Shown: positions 29,330-38,774 of the stretch, piece by piece
How the letters are laid out: each line of letters begins with the position of its first letter
Numbering within the stretch: the stretch's first letter is position 1
The notes under the pieces: generated by a model
What the model was told of the DNA's origin: nothing
Seen by the model: the letters and a program-made list of their open reading frames with translations, nothing else
The model's database searches: none
Translations under genes and position numbers: made by a program
Source: Candidatus Nanopelagicales bacterium
GTDB taxonomy: Bacteria; Actinomycetota; Actinomycetes; S36-B12
Assembly (NCBI GenBank): GCA_017854795.1
Contig: JAFMHB010000003.1
Span: forward strand, 13,047-77,046
Direction: 5' to 3'
Length of the DNA stretch: 64,000 bases

Positions 29330-30085
29330 ATGAACAAGGCATGGCGGGCGTATAAAGCGCCCGCCCTTGTCATGTCGACCGTCATGTCGGCAGTGATGCT
29401 GATCGGCCTTGTTTCGCCAGTGAGTAGTCAAGCGACTCCGGCCTTGCTCAACGAGATCACCGACAGTGACCAAGTGGTGTTGGTTACAGCTAAGTCATGG
29501 CGATCAACCGTGGGAACTGTTCAAGTTTTTGAAAAGAAGAAATCATCTTGGTCGGTTATACAAAATTCGGTGAAGGCAAACTTGGGGTACGGTGGACTCG
29601 TACCTGGTAACAAGCGGAAGCAAGGAACGGGAACAACTCCTACCGGAACCTACGCCTTCACCTCGGCATTCGGCATTAGGTCTGATCCTGGTACCAAGTT
29701 GAGTTACCTAAAGGTGGACAACAATGATGCTTGGACTTACAACCCCAAGTTTCCCAGCACCTACAACATTCTTCAGACTGCAAACAAAAATTGGTCAAGC
29801 TACGGCAATTACGTTGAGATTCTCTCCACCTACCGTAAGCAATACAACTACGTCGCAGTACTTGATTTCAATCTCCCCTCGGGGAAAATAACCAAGGGCG
29901 CAAACGGGATTAACCGAACGGATCAAAGCGCGAATACCAGTCGGGGTGGCGGAATCTTCCTTCATGTCAGCAATGGGACGAAAACTGCGGGCTGTATTGC
30001 AATCCCTGAAGGGTCTATGAAAGAAATACTTCAATGGCTTGAACCAAAAAAGAACCCGGTAATCGTGATCCAGGTAAAAAGCTGA
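29330..30085 (+). CDS. Secreted L,D-transpeptidase (YkuD) catalytic-domain family protein
   Basis: Signal peptide ...VMLIGLVSPVSSQA. The motif GGGIFLHVSNGTKTAGCIAIP fits the YkuD His...Ser/Thr-x-Gly-Cys active site. The ORF track start at 29237 overlaps the rhodanese gene, so ATG 29330 is preferred. Confidence 0.68.
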   Translation: MNKAWRAYKAPALVMSTVMSAVMLIGLVSPVSSQATPALLNEITDSDQVVLVTAKSWRSTVGTVQVFEKKKSSWSVIQNSVKANLGYGGLVPGNKRKQGTGTTPTGTYAFTSAFGIRSDPGTKLSYLKVDNNDAWTYNPKFPSTYNILQTANKNWSSYGNYVEILSTYRKQYNYVAVLDFNLPSGKITKGANGINRTDQSANTSRGGGIFLHVSNGTKTAGCIAIPEGSMKEILQWLEPKKNPVIVIQVKS

Positions 30086-30880
30086 CTAAACGGTGATCAC
30101 GGGGCAATCAACGACATCATCGATTGCTGGGAACTCTGACCGCCAATTTTGCTCAACCTGAATATCAATCACGGCACTAATCACGGTCTCAGTTTCTCCA
30201 CCATTGGCGAGAGTGTTTCCGAGCGGATCAATGATCACTGAATGACCGCCCAATTGGTGCCTACCTTGAGTGCCTATTTGATTGCAGGCAATGACCCAAG
30301 CTTGGTTTTCAACTGCCCGAGCGGGAAGTAATGCATCCCACTGACCAATGCGAGGCACCGGCCAACCGGAGGGGATCACAAACGCTTGGGCTCCCGCAAT
30401 GCGCATGGCCCGAAACATCTCAGGAAAACGAGCGTCATAACAGGTGGCTAGGCCGGTTAACCCCAACGGTGTTTCCACCATTACGTAATCCTGTCCTGGG
30501 GTCATAGTGTCCTGCTCTCGCGCATAGGTAAAAACATGCACCTTGCGGTAGTAGGCGGCCAGTTCTCCCTGTGGGTTAAACAACACACTCGTGTTGTGCA
30601 ACGCATCAGAATTTTGTTCACAAAATGACCCGCCATGTAACCAGATGCCATGTTCGCGTGCCTTCTGTGCGAGAGCAGTTGGTAACGACCCATCAATTGG
30701 TTGGGCATACTCACGGCTTGCTGCCAAATCAAAGGCTCCAACATTCCACAATTCGGGCAGCACCATGAAGTCACAATCACTTGCATGTTGATCGATCAGA
30801 CACAAAACTCGTTCAACTCGTTCGGGCACCGGTTCATAGGTTGAGCAATCAATTTGCAGAACGGAGACACTCACACTCAT
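30086..30880 (-). CDS. Carbon-nitrogen hydrolase (nitrilase superfamily, omega-amidase-like)
   Basis: Glu-Lys-Cys triad context (MVLPELW, YRKVHVF, LATCYDARFPE). Start set at ATG 30880 (MSVSVSVLQ...). The 75-codon upstream extension in the ORF track overlaps the divergent gene. Confidence 0.8.
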   Translation of the reverse strand: MSVSVSVLQIDCSTYEPVPERVERVLCLIDQHASDCDFMVLPELWNVGAFDLAASREYAQPIDGSLPTALAQKAREHGIWLHGGSFCEQNSDALHNTSVLFNPQGELAAYYRKVHVFTYAREQDTMTPGQDYVMVETPLGLTGLATCYDARFPEMFRAMRIAGAQAFVIPSGWPVPRIGQWDALLPARAVENQAWVIACNQIGTQGRHQLGGHSVIIDPLGNTLANGGETETVISAVIDIQVEQNWRSEFPAIDDVVDCPVITV

Positions 30881-31014
30881 GTTGCTAAGCGTAAGACCCC
30901 AGCCTGTCAACAATAAATAGTCATCTATCCCAATGCGGGTCAACCTGTTAGAACCACAAGCAATCCTTGGTATTTCAAAGACTTTTAGCAGCCAAATGCG
31001 GCACACTAGAAACC

Positions 31015-31836
31015 ATGGCCGACCTCCTTGAGACAAAGAGTTCCCTTGACCCCATGAAGACTTACCTTGAAGCGGTCCTGGACTTCTACTCCACCTTGAA
31101 CTCACTTACTGTTGAACAATGGACACTTCCCACCCCGTGTCCTGGCTGGACCGTTGCCGACATCGTCGCTCACACAATTGACCTTGACTCGATGGCCGCA
31201 GGTAATCCCCCAGCCGCTCACGAACCGAATTGGGATGAACTCCCGCACGCGCAAGCCCCCTTCCAGCAATTCACCGAACGTGGGGTGGATTTTCGCAGGG
31301 GAACCCCGCCAGCGGCACTACTTCACCAGATGCTCACCTCAGCCAACGACCTGACTGACTTCTTGGCAACGGAATCCCCAACGTTGACTGTTCCCTGGGT
31401 TGACGGCGAAATCTCAAAGGAACAATTCCTTGGCATGCGCACATTCGATATATGGACACATGATCTCGATGTCCGAATTGCTGTTGGACTACCGGCCGAG
31501 TTCAATAGCAATCCCGCAAAAAATGCCGCAAGACGCATGCTAAAAGCTCTTCCATTTATTTGGGGTAAGAAAATTGGGGCAACTAGTGACGAGTCTCTGG
31601 AAATCAACTTCACGGGACCCGACTTAGCCGGAACGGTTTGTGTTGGCCTTAACTCCGATGGAAAGGCTGCTTTCACCACCGACGCAACCGGTGAGGTGAC
31701 TCATATTGAAATATCTTGGTCTGATTTCGTCAATGGTTTTTGTGGGCGAGTAGACCCAGAAGTGACCGGTGCGAGGATTATTGGCTCCGGTCCCCGAGTA
31801 CAAGAGTTTGTCGTCTCACTTCCGTCAACGCCCTGA
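31015..31836 (+). CDS. Mycothiol-dependent maleylpyruvate-isomerase-family (DinB/MDMPI_N) protein
   Basis: N-terminal pattern W.LPTPCPGWTVADIVAHT is typical of the TIGR03083 actinobacterial family. Start ATG 31015 preferred over 30967. Confidence 0.72.
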   Translation: MADLLETKSSLDPMKTYLEAVLDFYSTLNSLTVEQWTLPTPCPGWTVADIVAHTIDLDSMAAGNPPAAHEPNWDELPHAQAPFQQFTERGVDFRRGTPPAALLHQMLTSANDLTDFLATESPTLTVPWVDGEISKEQFLGMRTFDIWTHDLDVRIAVGLPAEFNSNPAKNAARRMLKALPFIWGKKIGATSDESLEINFTGPDLAGTVCVGLNSDGKAAFTTDATGEVTHIEISWSDFVNGFCGRVDPEVTGARIIGSGPRVQEFVVSLPSTP

Positions 31837-31854
31837 TACCTGCATAATGCTGTC

Positions 31855-32517
31855 ATGGGGGACATTCGCGTATTTTTACTAGATGATCACGAAATCGTGC
31901 GTCGAGGCGTCGCTGAACTCATTGGCTTGCAGTCGGACCTTGAGGTTGTCGGCGAGGCTGGAACAGCGGCGGACGCTCTCATTCGGATCACGGCTTCGCA
32001 ACCTGATGTTGCCGTACTTGACGTTCGCCTCCCTGACGGCAACGGTATTGAAGTGTGTCGAGAGGTTAGATCACTCTTTCCCAATATCCATGTATTGATG
32101 CTTACTTCCTATTCCGATGATGAAGCGCTGTTTAATGCAATCATGGCTGGCGCTTCAGGTTATGTGCTGAAGGAAATTCGCGGATCTGACCTGATCGCCG
32201 CAATTCGACAAGTAGCCGCAGGCAACAGTCTGCTTGACCCCAGCCTTACGGAGCGGGTACTTGAGCGCCTACGAAATGGTGACAAGGAGGATGATGAACT
32301 CGCTGATCTCACCGATCAGGAAAAAACAATTCTTAATTTGATCGGTGAGGGAATGACCAATCGGCAAATCGGCGAGCAGATGCACTTGGCAGAAAAAACT
32401 ATTAAAAACTATGTCTCCGGGTTGCTAGCAAAACTAGGCATGGAACGGCGAACCCAAGCAGCGGCCTATGTTGCTCGACGTGAAGCCAATTCCGAGAATC
32501 ACAACAACTCACGCTAG
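31855..32517 (+). CDS. NarL/LuxR-family response regulator, DevR(DosR)-like
   Basis: Receiver domain (VFLLDDHEIVRRG, VAVLDVRLPDGNG) plus a LuxR HTH (LTDQEKTILNLIGEGMTNRQIGEQMHLAEKTIKNYVSGLLAKLGMERRTQAA). Strongly resembles M. tuberculosis DevR as I recall that sequence. Confidence 0.9.
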   Translation: MGDIRVFLLDDHEIVRRGVAELIGLQSDLEVVGEAGTAADALIRITASQPDVAVLDVRLPDGNGIEVCREVRSLFPNIHVLMLTSYSDDEALFNAIMAGASGYVLKEIRGSDLIAAIRQVAAGNSLLDPSLTERVLERLRNGDKEDDELADLTDQEKTILNLIGEGMTNRQIGEQMHLAEKTIKNYVSGLLAKLGMERRTQAAAYVARREANSENHNNSR

Positions 32518-34167
32518 CGGAACGCTCCAACGAAGCAGGGTCCCTTGCTGTGAATCCGGCCGAGCCCCCACGACCAGTTCACCGCCGAGTTCCACTGCAC
32601 GAGATTCCATGTTTGCAATGCCCGAGAAACGAGCCCCTTCTGTATAACCATTTCCGTTGTCTATGACTTCACAAACGAGAACGGGTGATTCAATCGAAAT
32701 CCGAATATCAATTTCGGTCGCCTGCGCGTGTTTGACACAATTGGAAAGACTCTCTCTCACTACTGCTAATAGGTGGTCACCGATCACCGGAGTGAGCTTG
32801 GAATCAAGTGGTCCGATCAGTGTCAACCGGATGGGGAAACCAAGTGCATCGGAAGCGGAATTAACCTCCCGTGAAATTCTTGCTTTGATTGATGTTTCAA
32901 ACGAATCTGCTTGCAGATCAAATATAGTTTGTCGAATTTCGCGAATCGTTTCGTCAAGTTGCCCCACGGCAAGATCAATTTTTTTTCTTGCGTCGGGTGG
33001 CAGTTCCTCGTTTTGGAGCAGTCCATTGAGCAACATTCCTGTTGCAAATACTCTTTGAATCACCAGGTCGTGTAAATCGCGGCCAATTCGATCGCGGTCC
33101 TTTAATACCGCAAAGTCCTCTTTGTCTTGTTGAGCCTCAGCCAAGACCAGAGTGAGTGCCGCCTGTCCGGCAAAAGACTCGACGAGATCAATTACTGAAC
33201 TTGCAGCCATAAAGGATCCCTTAGGCCAAATGAGAAGCAGAACACCTAGAACTTTGTCAACGGTGCGCAACGGCAAAGCAACTGCGGCCACTCGTTCCTC
33301 TGCTGAATCCGGCATAACTTGATTCCAGATCGAACATTCGTCATCGATGATGCTTCCACCCAACGAGAAGGATCTACTCATAATTGAATCGACCGGCGCA
33401 GGTGATCCAAGCCATGACCGTAATCGTTGTACGGTTGCCGGGGAATTAAGATCAATATCCACAATTTCAATTACAAGCGAACTTGTCGAGTCCGGTAGCG
33501 CAATGAGAGTGGCGGCAGCTCCCGTTAGTAGCCGGGATTTTTCAGCAACGAGTTCCAACACATCACCACTGTCACCGCCGGAAAGAACTGCCGTACCGAT
33601 CTCTGAGACTGCTCTCTGCCATTTTTCTTTCAGGGTTGCAAGTTCGTAAAGCCGCGCGTTTTCAATAGCAACGGCAGCAGCTGTTGCAAAGGCAACAACT
33701 GATTGTTCATCTTCTTCTGTAAATTCCTTGCCACCTCTTTTGCTGGTCAAGTAGAGATTGCCAAACACTTCCCCTCGGACTCGTATCGGCACACCCAAAA
33801 AGGAAGACATTGGTGGGTGATTCTCTGGGAATCCAATTGATGCAGGATGCTCACTAATATGCGCGAGGCGCAGAGGAGTCGGGTGCACACTCAATTCACC
33901 GAGAAGTCCTCCGCCCAGAGGCAGGTTACCAATTCGTTTACTTACTTCGTCTGGCATTCCGACATGAATGAAGTCTTGGATTTTGCCGTCAGCATCCAGC
34001 ACGCCGAGAGCCCCATAGGACGCATCGGCTAAATAGACCGCATTTGTGACTATTCGTCTAAGGGTTGCTTTCAATTCCAAACCAGACGCCACGCCCATGA
34101 GAGCCGAATACAGTCCCTCGTCAGTGTCCATGGAACTATCTTGCCCGTATAGCCCTAATTTGTTCAT
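32509..34167 (-). CDS. Tandem-GAF sensor histidine kinase, DevS/DosS-like
   Basis: Two GAF domains. The first contains ASIGFPENHPPMSSFLGVPIRVRGEVFGNLYLT, resembling the DosS heme pocket. HisKA_3 H-box DRIGRDLHDLVIQ and a C-terminal HATPase_c domain. The 3' end overlaps the regulator's 3' end by 9 bp. Confidence 0.88.
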   Translation of the reverse strand: MNKLGLYGQDSSMDTDEGLYSALMGVASGLELKATLRRIVTNAVYLADASYGALGVLDADGKIQDFIHVGMPDEVSKRIGNLPLGGGLLGELSVHPTPLRLAHISEHPASIGFPENHPPMSSFLGVPIRVRGEVFGNLYLTSKRGGKEFTEEDEQSVVAFATAAAVAIENARLYELATLKEKWQRAVSEIGTAVLSGGDSGDVLELVAEKSRLLTGAAATLIALPDSTSSLVIEIVDIDLNSPATVQRLRSWLGSPAPVDSIMSRSFSLGGSIIDDECSIWNQVMPDSAEERVAAVALPLRTVDKVLGVLLLIWPKGSFMAASSVIDLVESFAGQAALTLVLAEAQQDKEDFAVLKDRDRIGRDLHDLVIQRVFATGMLLNGLLQNEELPPDARKKIDLAVGQLDETIREIRQTIFDLQADSFETSIKARISREVNSASDALGFPIRLTLIGPLDSKLTPVIGDHLLAVVRESLSNCVKHAQATEIDIRISIESPVLVCEVIDNGNGYTEGARFSGIANMESRAVELGGELVVGARPDSQQGTLLRWSVPLA

Positions 34168-34307
34168 CTCATTTTTGCATCGCCCATCGGTAACCCAAAT
34201 ACCGATCTAAAACATCCATGGTCCAATGCTTGACCTCCTAGAAGTAGATAACGCATGGCTTCCGACCTGAAAAAAAGGACCTGGGTCCCTACTGTCATGC
34301 TTCGCCC

Positions 34308-35261
34308 GTGGCAATTGACGTTCGTGGCGTGACTGAAGCTCCCATCCGCACGATCATGGGGCCCCTCATCGTCCTATGGATCGTTTGGGGTTCCACCTAC
34401 ATGGGGATAGCGCTTATGGTGAAATCAATGCCGCCACTCCTCGGGTCTGGATCACGTTTTATCACGGCTTCCCTCGTTTTAGGAACAATCGTGTTACTCG
34501 TTAAAGGCCCGAGCGCTTTCCAAATAACCAAGGCACAGTTGCTGGGCGCAACTTTCATGGGAGTTTCGATTCTTGGGGTCTCAATCGGTGTCCTCTCACT
34601 CGCTCTACGGTTTGTGCCCTCGGGAATTGCAGCTCTTATCGTTTCCGTTATGCCTCTATGGATAATTTTCTTTCGTCTGCGCGCAGGGGACCGTCCATCG
34701 TGGCTTACGTCACTGGGAGTTGGGGTCGGCCTCCTAGGACTTGTTCTCATGCTGCTCCCCGGAGGCACCACACCTGTCAATGGTGCAAGCATCACTCAAG
34801 TTGCACTGTGGTCCATCGCAATTGCAATGGGTAGTCTCTCCTGGGCATTTTTTAGTTATCGGTCCACAAAGTACAAACAACCAAAAGAGCCATTAACTAC
34901 CGCCGTCATCGAACTTGCAGCGGCAGGTGTCTTCCTCGTTGTGGTCGGGACACTCGTCGGAGAGCGTTGGGACTTCGGTGTCATCACTACACAGTCTTGG
35001 ATTGGCTGGGGGTACCTAGTTTTGGCTTCAGCCACGGCATACGGTGCATTTGTCTGGCTGCTCAATAACGCGCCGATGTCTTTGGTGTCTACTTACGCGT
35101 ACGTCAACCCTGTAGTCGCGGTAATTCTGGGGCTGGTAATACTCAATGAAACTGTCACCAGTGATGTAATTGTTGGGCTGTCAATAGTGGTCGGTGGTGT
35201 GGTTCTAGTCGTTACCGGAGAACGTCGGACTCGATTGAAACTTGCCGAGCAACCTCAATAA
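34308..35261 (+). CDS. EamA/DMT-family transporter
   Basis: 317 aa with 10 hydrophobic helices in two EamA-like halves. GTG start. Confidence 0.82.
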   Translation: MAIDVRGVTEAPIRTIMGPLIVLWIVWGSTYMGIALMVKSMPPLLGSGSRFITASLVLGTIVLLVKGPSAFQITKAQLLGATFMGVSILGVSIGVLSLALRFVPSGIAALIVSVMPLWIIFFRLRAGDRPSWLTSLGVGVGLLGLVLMLLPGGTTPVNGASITQVALWSIAIAMGSLSWAFFSYRSTKYKQPKEPLTTAVIELAAAGVFLVVVGTLVGERWDFGVITTQSWIGWGYLVLASATAYGAFVWLLNNAPMSLVSTYAYVNPVVAVILGLVILNETVTSDVIVGLSIVVGGVVLVVTGERRTRLKLAEQPQ

Positions 35262-36306
35262 ATCGATTATTCGCTTCCCTTTCACCAATTGAAATGCGCA
35301 GTCCTTCTTCTGGAAAAGGGCGAACCGACAAGCCTGCTTGCTCTAAAGCCTGATGTAACACATCGGTGCGTAATCCCAGGCGTAGCCATACGAAGTTCGC
35401 GAAACTCGGATTCAATTGATAGCCCATTTCGATGAGTTCACTCGAAACGCGGTTCCGTTCCGCTGTTACCGATGCAACCCGTTCGAATAATTCACTCTCC
35501 GCATTAATCGAAGCGATCGCGGCAGCTTGCGCGATCGAGGAAACCCCAAAGGGCAAGGCAGTTTTGCGTAGCGCATTCGTGATCGGTTCCTGGGAGATGG
35601 TGAATCCGACGCGTAATCCGGCAAGCCCGTAGGCTTTTGAAAAGGTGCGAAGAACAACGACGTTTGAATTCTCGCGATAAAGGCGAATTGAGTCGCTTCT
35701 TTTTTCTTCGGGAACGTATTCAATGTAAGCCTCGTCAAGAACAATCACAATCTCACTGGGAACTGATGCTATGAAGTCCTCAAGTTCCCCCGGATCCACG
35801 ATTTGTCCCGTTGGATTATTAGGTGAGCAAACAAAAATGACGCGTGTCTCTGGGGTGATTGCATGCAACATTGCATCAAGATCATGAGTTTCATCAGGCT
35901 TAAGTGGGATTTGAATGCTTTGCGCTCCCGCAATTCCGGTCCAGATCGGGTAAGACTCAAAACTTCGCCACGCGTACATAATTTTGTCACCCGGTCCTGC
36001 AGCCGACTGAATTATTTGGCCGCACAACGCAACACTTCCGGTGCCCAGTGAAATGTGCTCGGCCGGAACTCCGAAGTGATGTGCAATCGCTGCAACAAGT
36101 TCAGTTGAAAACGGGTCGGGGTAACGATTAATTTCCGTTGCAGCCGCAATAATCGCAGCCTGAACACTGTCCAGTGGTGCGAAGTGACTCTCATTGCTAG
36201 AGATCTTGTAAGTCGTTATGTCGGTGCGCGGCGCTGGGCGCTGACCGGCTTTGTAGGAGGGTAAGGCCGCAAGATCCGGGCGAAGCCGAGGTCCGTCAGT
36301 TATCAC
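35212..36306 (-). CDS. pat: Class-II aminotransferase of the HisC family (Pat/HisC2-like aromatic/histidinol-phosphate aminotransferase)
   Basis: LRPDLAALPSYKAG...SSNES...RYPD, with the PLP lysine in RTFSKAYGLAGLRVGF. The N-terminus resembles mycobacterial Pat more than HisC1 (from memory). Confidence 0.78.
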   Translation of the reverse strand: MITDGPRLRPDLAALPSYKAGQRPAPRTDITTYKISSNESHFAPLDSVQAAIIAAATEINRYPDPFSTELVAAIAHHFGVPAEHISLGTGSVALCGQIIQSAAGPGDKIMYAWRSFESYPIWTGIAGAQSIQIPLKPDETHDLDAMLHAITPETRVIFVCSPNNPTGQIVDPGELEDFIASVPSEIVIVLDEAYIEYVPEEKRSDSIRLYRENSNVVVLRTFSKAYGLAGLRVGFTISQEPITNALRKTALPFGVSSIAQAAAIASINAESELFERVASVTAERNRVSSELIEMGYQLNPSFANFVWLRLGLRTDVLHQALEQAGLSVRPFPEEGLRISIGEREANNRFIEVARQVSIESDVLR

Positions 36307-37130
36307 GACTCCAATTTAGAGGATGTCTCTTTTTTCTTCAACAGCGTGCTGGCAAAGTCAGGAACGTAATGATTAGCTTCCCTCGGTGGGCGAACGTGAT
36401 CGGACATGGCTGGGCGTTTAGGTAGAGTCAATTTTTTCACTTCGGGAGCCGAGTAGTCGATTGTGCTCAAGAAATGGTGAATCGAGTTGAGCCTCGCTGC
36501 TCGCTTGTCATCAGCTTCAACAACAAACCACGGTGACTCAGGTATATCAGTGTGAACAAACATTTCATCTTTAGCTTTTGAGTATTCCTCCCATTTTTTG
36601 ATTGACTCCAAATCCGACGGTGAAAATTTCCATCGACGCATTGGATCTCTTATCCGAGATTCAAATCGACGAGTTTGTTCCGCATCGCTGATGCTGAACC
36701 AGTATTTCCGCAAAATAATTCCGTCTTCGATCAACATTCGTTCAAATATTGGGGCTTGGTGGAGAAACCTGCGGTACTCGTCCGGTGTGCAGTAACCCAT
36801 GACCTTTTCGACACCCGCGCGGTTATACCAAGAACGATCAAAAAAGCGAATCTCTCCTCGCGTTGGCAAATGATTTACGTACTTTTGGAAATACCATTCA
36901 CCCATTTCGCGCTCAGATGGAGCGGGCAGAGCCACGATTTGAGCTAGCCGCGGGTTGAGGTATTGGGTGAACCTTTTTATCGCGGATCCTTTTCCAGCAG
37001 CATCGCGTCCCTCAAAAATCACAACAATTCGTTTACCTTCAACCTTGGTCCACTCCTGCAGGGTCACCAATTCAGCTTGAAGTTTGAGCAGTGTCTTTTC
37101 ATAGGACGCTTTGGGGATTCTGTTGCTCAC
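36303..37130 (-). CDS. ppk2: Polyphosphate kinase 2 (PPK2) family protein
   Basis: Walker A-like FEGRDAAGKGS, plus FDRSWYNR and the rest of the PPK2 lid region. ATGA overlap with pat. Confidence 0.9.
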   Translation of the reverse strand: MSNRIPKASYEKTLLKLQAELVTLQEWTKVEGKRIVVIFEGRDAAGKGSAIKRFTQYLNPRLAQIVALPAPSEREMGEWYFQKYVNHLPTRGEIRFFDRSWYNRAGVEKVMGYCTPDEYRRFLHQAPIFERMLIEDGIILRKYWFSISDAEQTRRFESRIRDPMRRWKFSPSDLESIKKWEEYSKAKDEMFVHTDIPESPWFVVEADDKRAARLNSIHHFLSTIDYSAPEVKKLTLPKRPAMSDHVRPPREANHYVPDFASTLLKKKETSSKLES

Positions 37131-37199
37131 GCTGAAAGCCTATGGCTTATAAGGTCAAATATCCCAGCCCCCAGGGAGTCTATTAAGTAAACTCCCCCC

Positions 37200-38726
37200 A
37201 TGACATTACGCAGGAGAGCGCTATTTGCTTCAAGCGCTGGGCTCGGAGTGATCCTTTTGGGATTCATTTTGGTGATCACAACCTTTGTCTCTGTTTCTAG
37301 TTCGCAATCCAAACTCAATGACCTACTCTCTCCGGCCGCGCAAATGGCAAACTCGTTGCTACTCGGCCAAACTGCTGCATCTGGTGATCTGGCCGACTAC
37401 GTGCTCACCGGAAACGAAACTCCTTTGGCCGGGTACCAAAGTGCTATTTCGACAACAAATGTCATGACAGATAATTTGTTGAATCTCTTAGGAAACGACT
37501 ATCCGGCACTCACCGCGCTGGTAGAGGCCTCAGCGTCAGCGCAGCGTGCCTGGGTGAGCGCCGATGCCGAACCAACACTGGAAGCTATGGCAGATGGAAA
37601 GCAGCCAAAAGCGGGACGTGTCACCAACAAAGCAAGAGCGTGGTCGACATTTGATTCGATGATTTCCGCAACCAACGCCCTACAAGATGAAATTGAAATT
37701 CAGCGCGCGGAAGTGAGTAATGGACTTGCAGGAAGTGCCCGGATGCTCGGAGTTCTCTTGATTGTGGGCGGGCTGTTATTGGTTGCGGGCTTTGTTTCGT
37801 ACTTCATCTACTTCCAACGTTGGGTGATTTTCCCACTCATGGATATTCGCAAAGACTTACAACTCTCAACGCGTGACCCAATGCACACGCACCCAATCAC
37901 ACCACTTGGACCACCTGAATTTGTTTCACTTGCAAAGGATGCTGAATCACTGCGACGTCAACTTGTCAGCGAGATTGATGAAGCAGCCGCGGCTCGAAAA
38001 GGATTGACCCAGGACGCTCCACTTGTCGCCGCGATTCGAAGTGAAATGCAAGTCAATAGTTCATTGCATTGTCCGGGTATTGCAATTGCAGGTTTGGCCT
38101 CAACCGCTGAAGGTGTTCTTGCCGGCGACTACTGGGACTACATTCCATTAAGTGACACTCAAGTTGCTCTGATGATTGCTGATGTCTCAGGACACGGACC
38201 TGCTGCGAATGTGGTAGCCCTACGCGTCCGTGCAATTCTTCGATCTGCACTGGCCAAGGGTCTCGGCCTCACCGAAGCGGTTGAACTTGCTACCGAATCA
38301 ACTAAAAACGATGAGTCGTTCGTGACAGTTCTGTTGATCATGGTTGACGTAGAGACAAATGAATTGCACTGGCTCAATGCCGGTCACCCACCCGGCATTG
38401 GAATCACCCACGACAAAAACCTTTTCACCCTCGAGCCAACCGGTCCCCTAGTCTCATCCCTTGGTGGCGAATGGGAAGTCCGAACACATCCCTTCACTCC
38501 CGGGGATCTAGTCCTTGGTGTGACCGACGGGTTTCTTGAGGGCCAGGGAGCGCACAGCGCCGCTGAGGAAACCCAGGCGATTATTCGGATTCTGCGTGGC
38601 CTTGACGGTCCTGTTCGACAGAACCCAGCTGAAATTGTTGAGCGACTTGTTGCCCACATACGCGAAATTTCCCCACGTTGGCGCACCGATGACGTGACAG
38701 TAGTGGCACTCAGTCGGTTGGGCTAG
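37200..38726 (+). CDS. Membrane sensor protein phosphatase (extracytoplasmic helical sensor + HAMP + PP2C/SpoIIE domain)
   Basis: Two TM helices flank a helical segment of about 150 aa. C-terminal SpoIIE pattern GDYWDYIP...MIADVSGHGPAAN...NAGHPP...TDG. Confidence 0.8.
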   Translation: MTLRRRALFASSAGLGVILLGFILVITTFVSVSSSQSKLNDLLSPAAQMANSLLLGQTAASGDLADYVLTGNETPLAGYQSAISTTNVMTDNLLNLLGNDYPALTALVEASASAQRAWVSADAEPTLEAMADGKQPKAGRVTNKARAWSTFDSMISATNALQDEIEIQRAEVSNGLAGSARMLGVLLIVGGLLLVAGFVSYFIYFQRWVIFPLMDIRKDLQLSTRDPMHTHPITPLGPPEFVSLAKDAESLRRQLVSEIDEAAAARKGLTQDAPLVAAIRSEMQVNSSLHCPGIAIAGLASTAEGVLAGDYWDYIPLSDTQVALMIADVSGHGPAANVVALRVRAILRSALAKGLGLTEAVELATESTKNDESFVTVLLIMVDVETNELHWLNAGHPPGIGITHDKNLFTLEPTGPLVSSLGGEWEVRTHPFTPGDLVLGVTDGFLEGQGAHSAAEETQAIIRILRGLDGPVRQNPAEIVERLVAHIREISPRWRTDDVTVVALSRLG

Positions 38727-38774
38727 CAAACACCCCTGCCGCTTAGATCTCTGGCTACATGGCAGACTGTACAG

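Noticed and set aside
35443-35456. CGAAACGCGGTTCC, which resembles an actinobacterial LexA box (TCGAAC-N4-GTTCGA).
   Set aside because: The match is imperfect and lies deep inside the pat coding region, with no DNA-repair gene promoter nearby.
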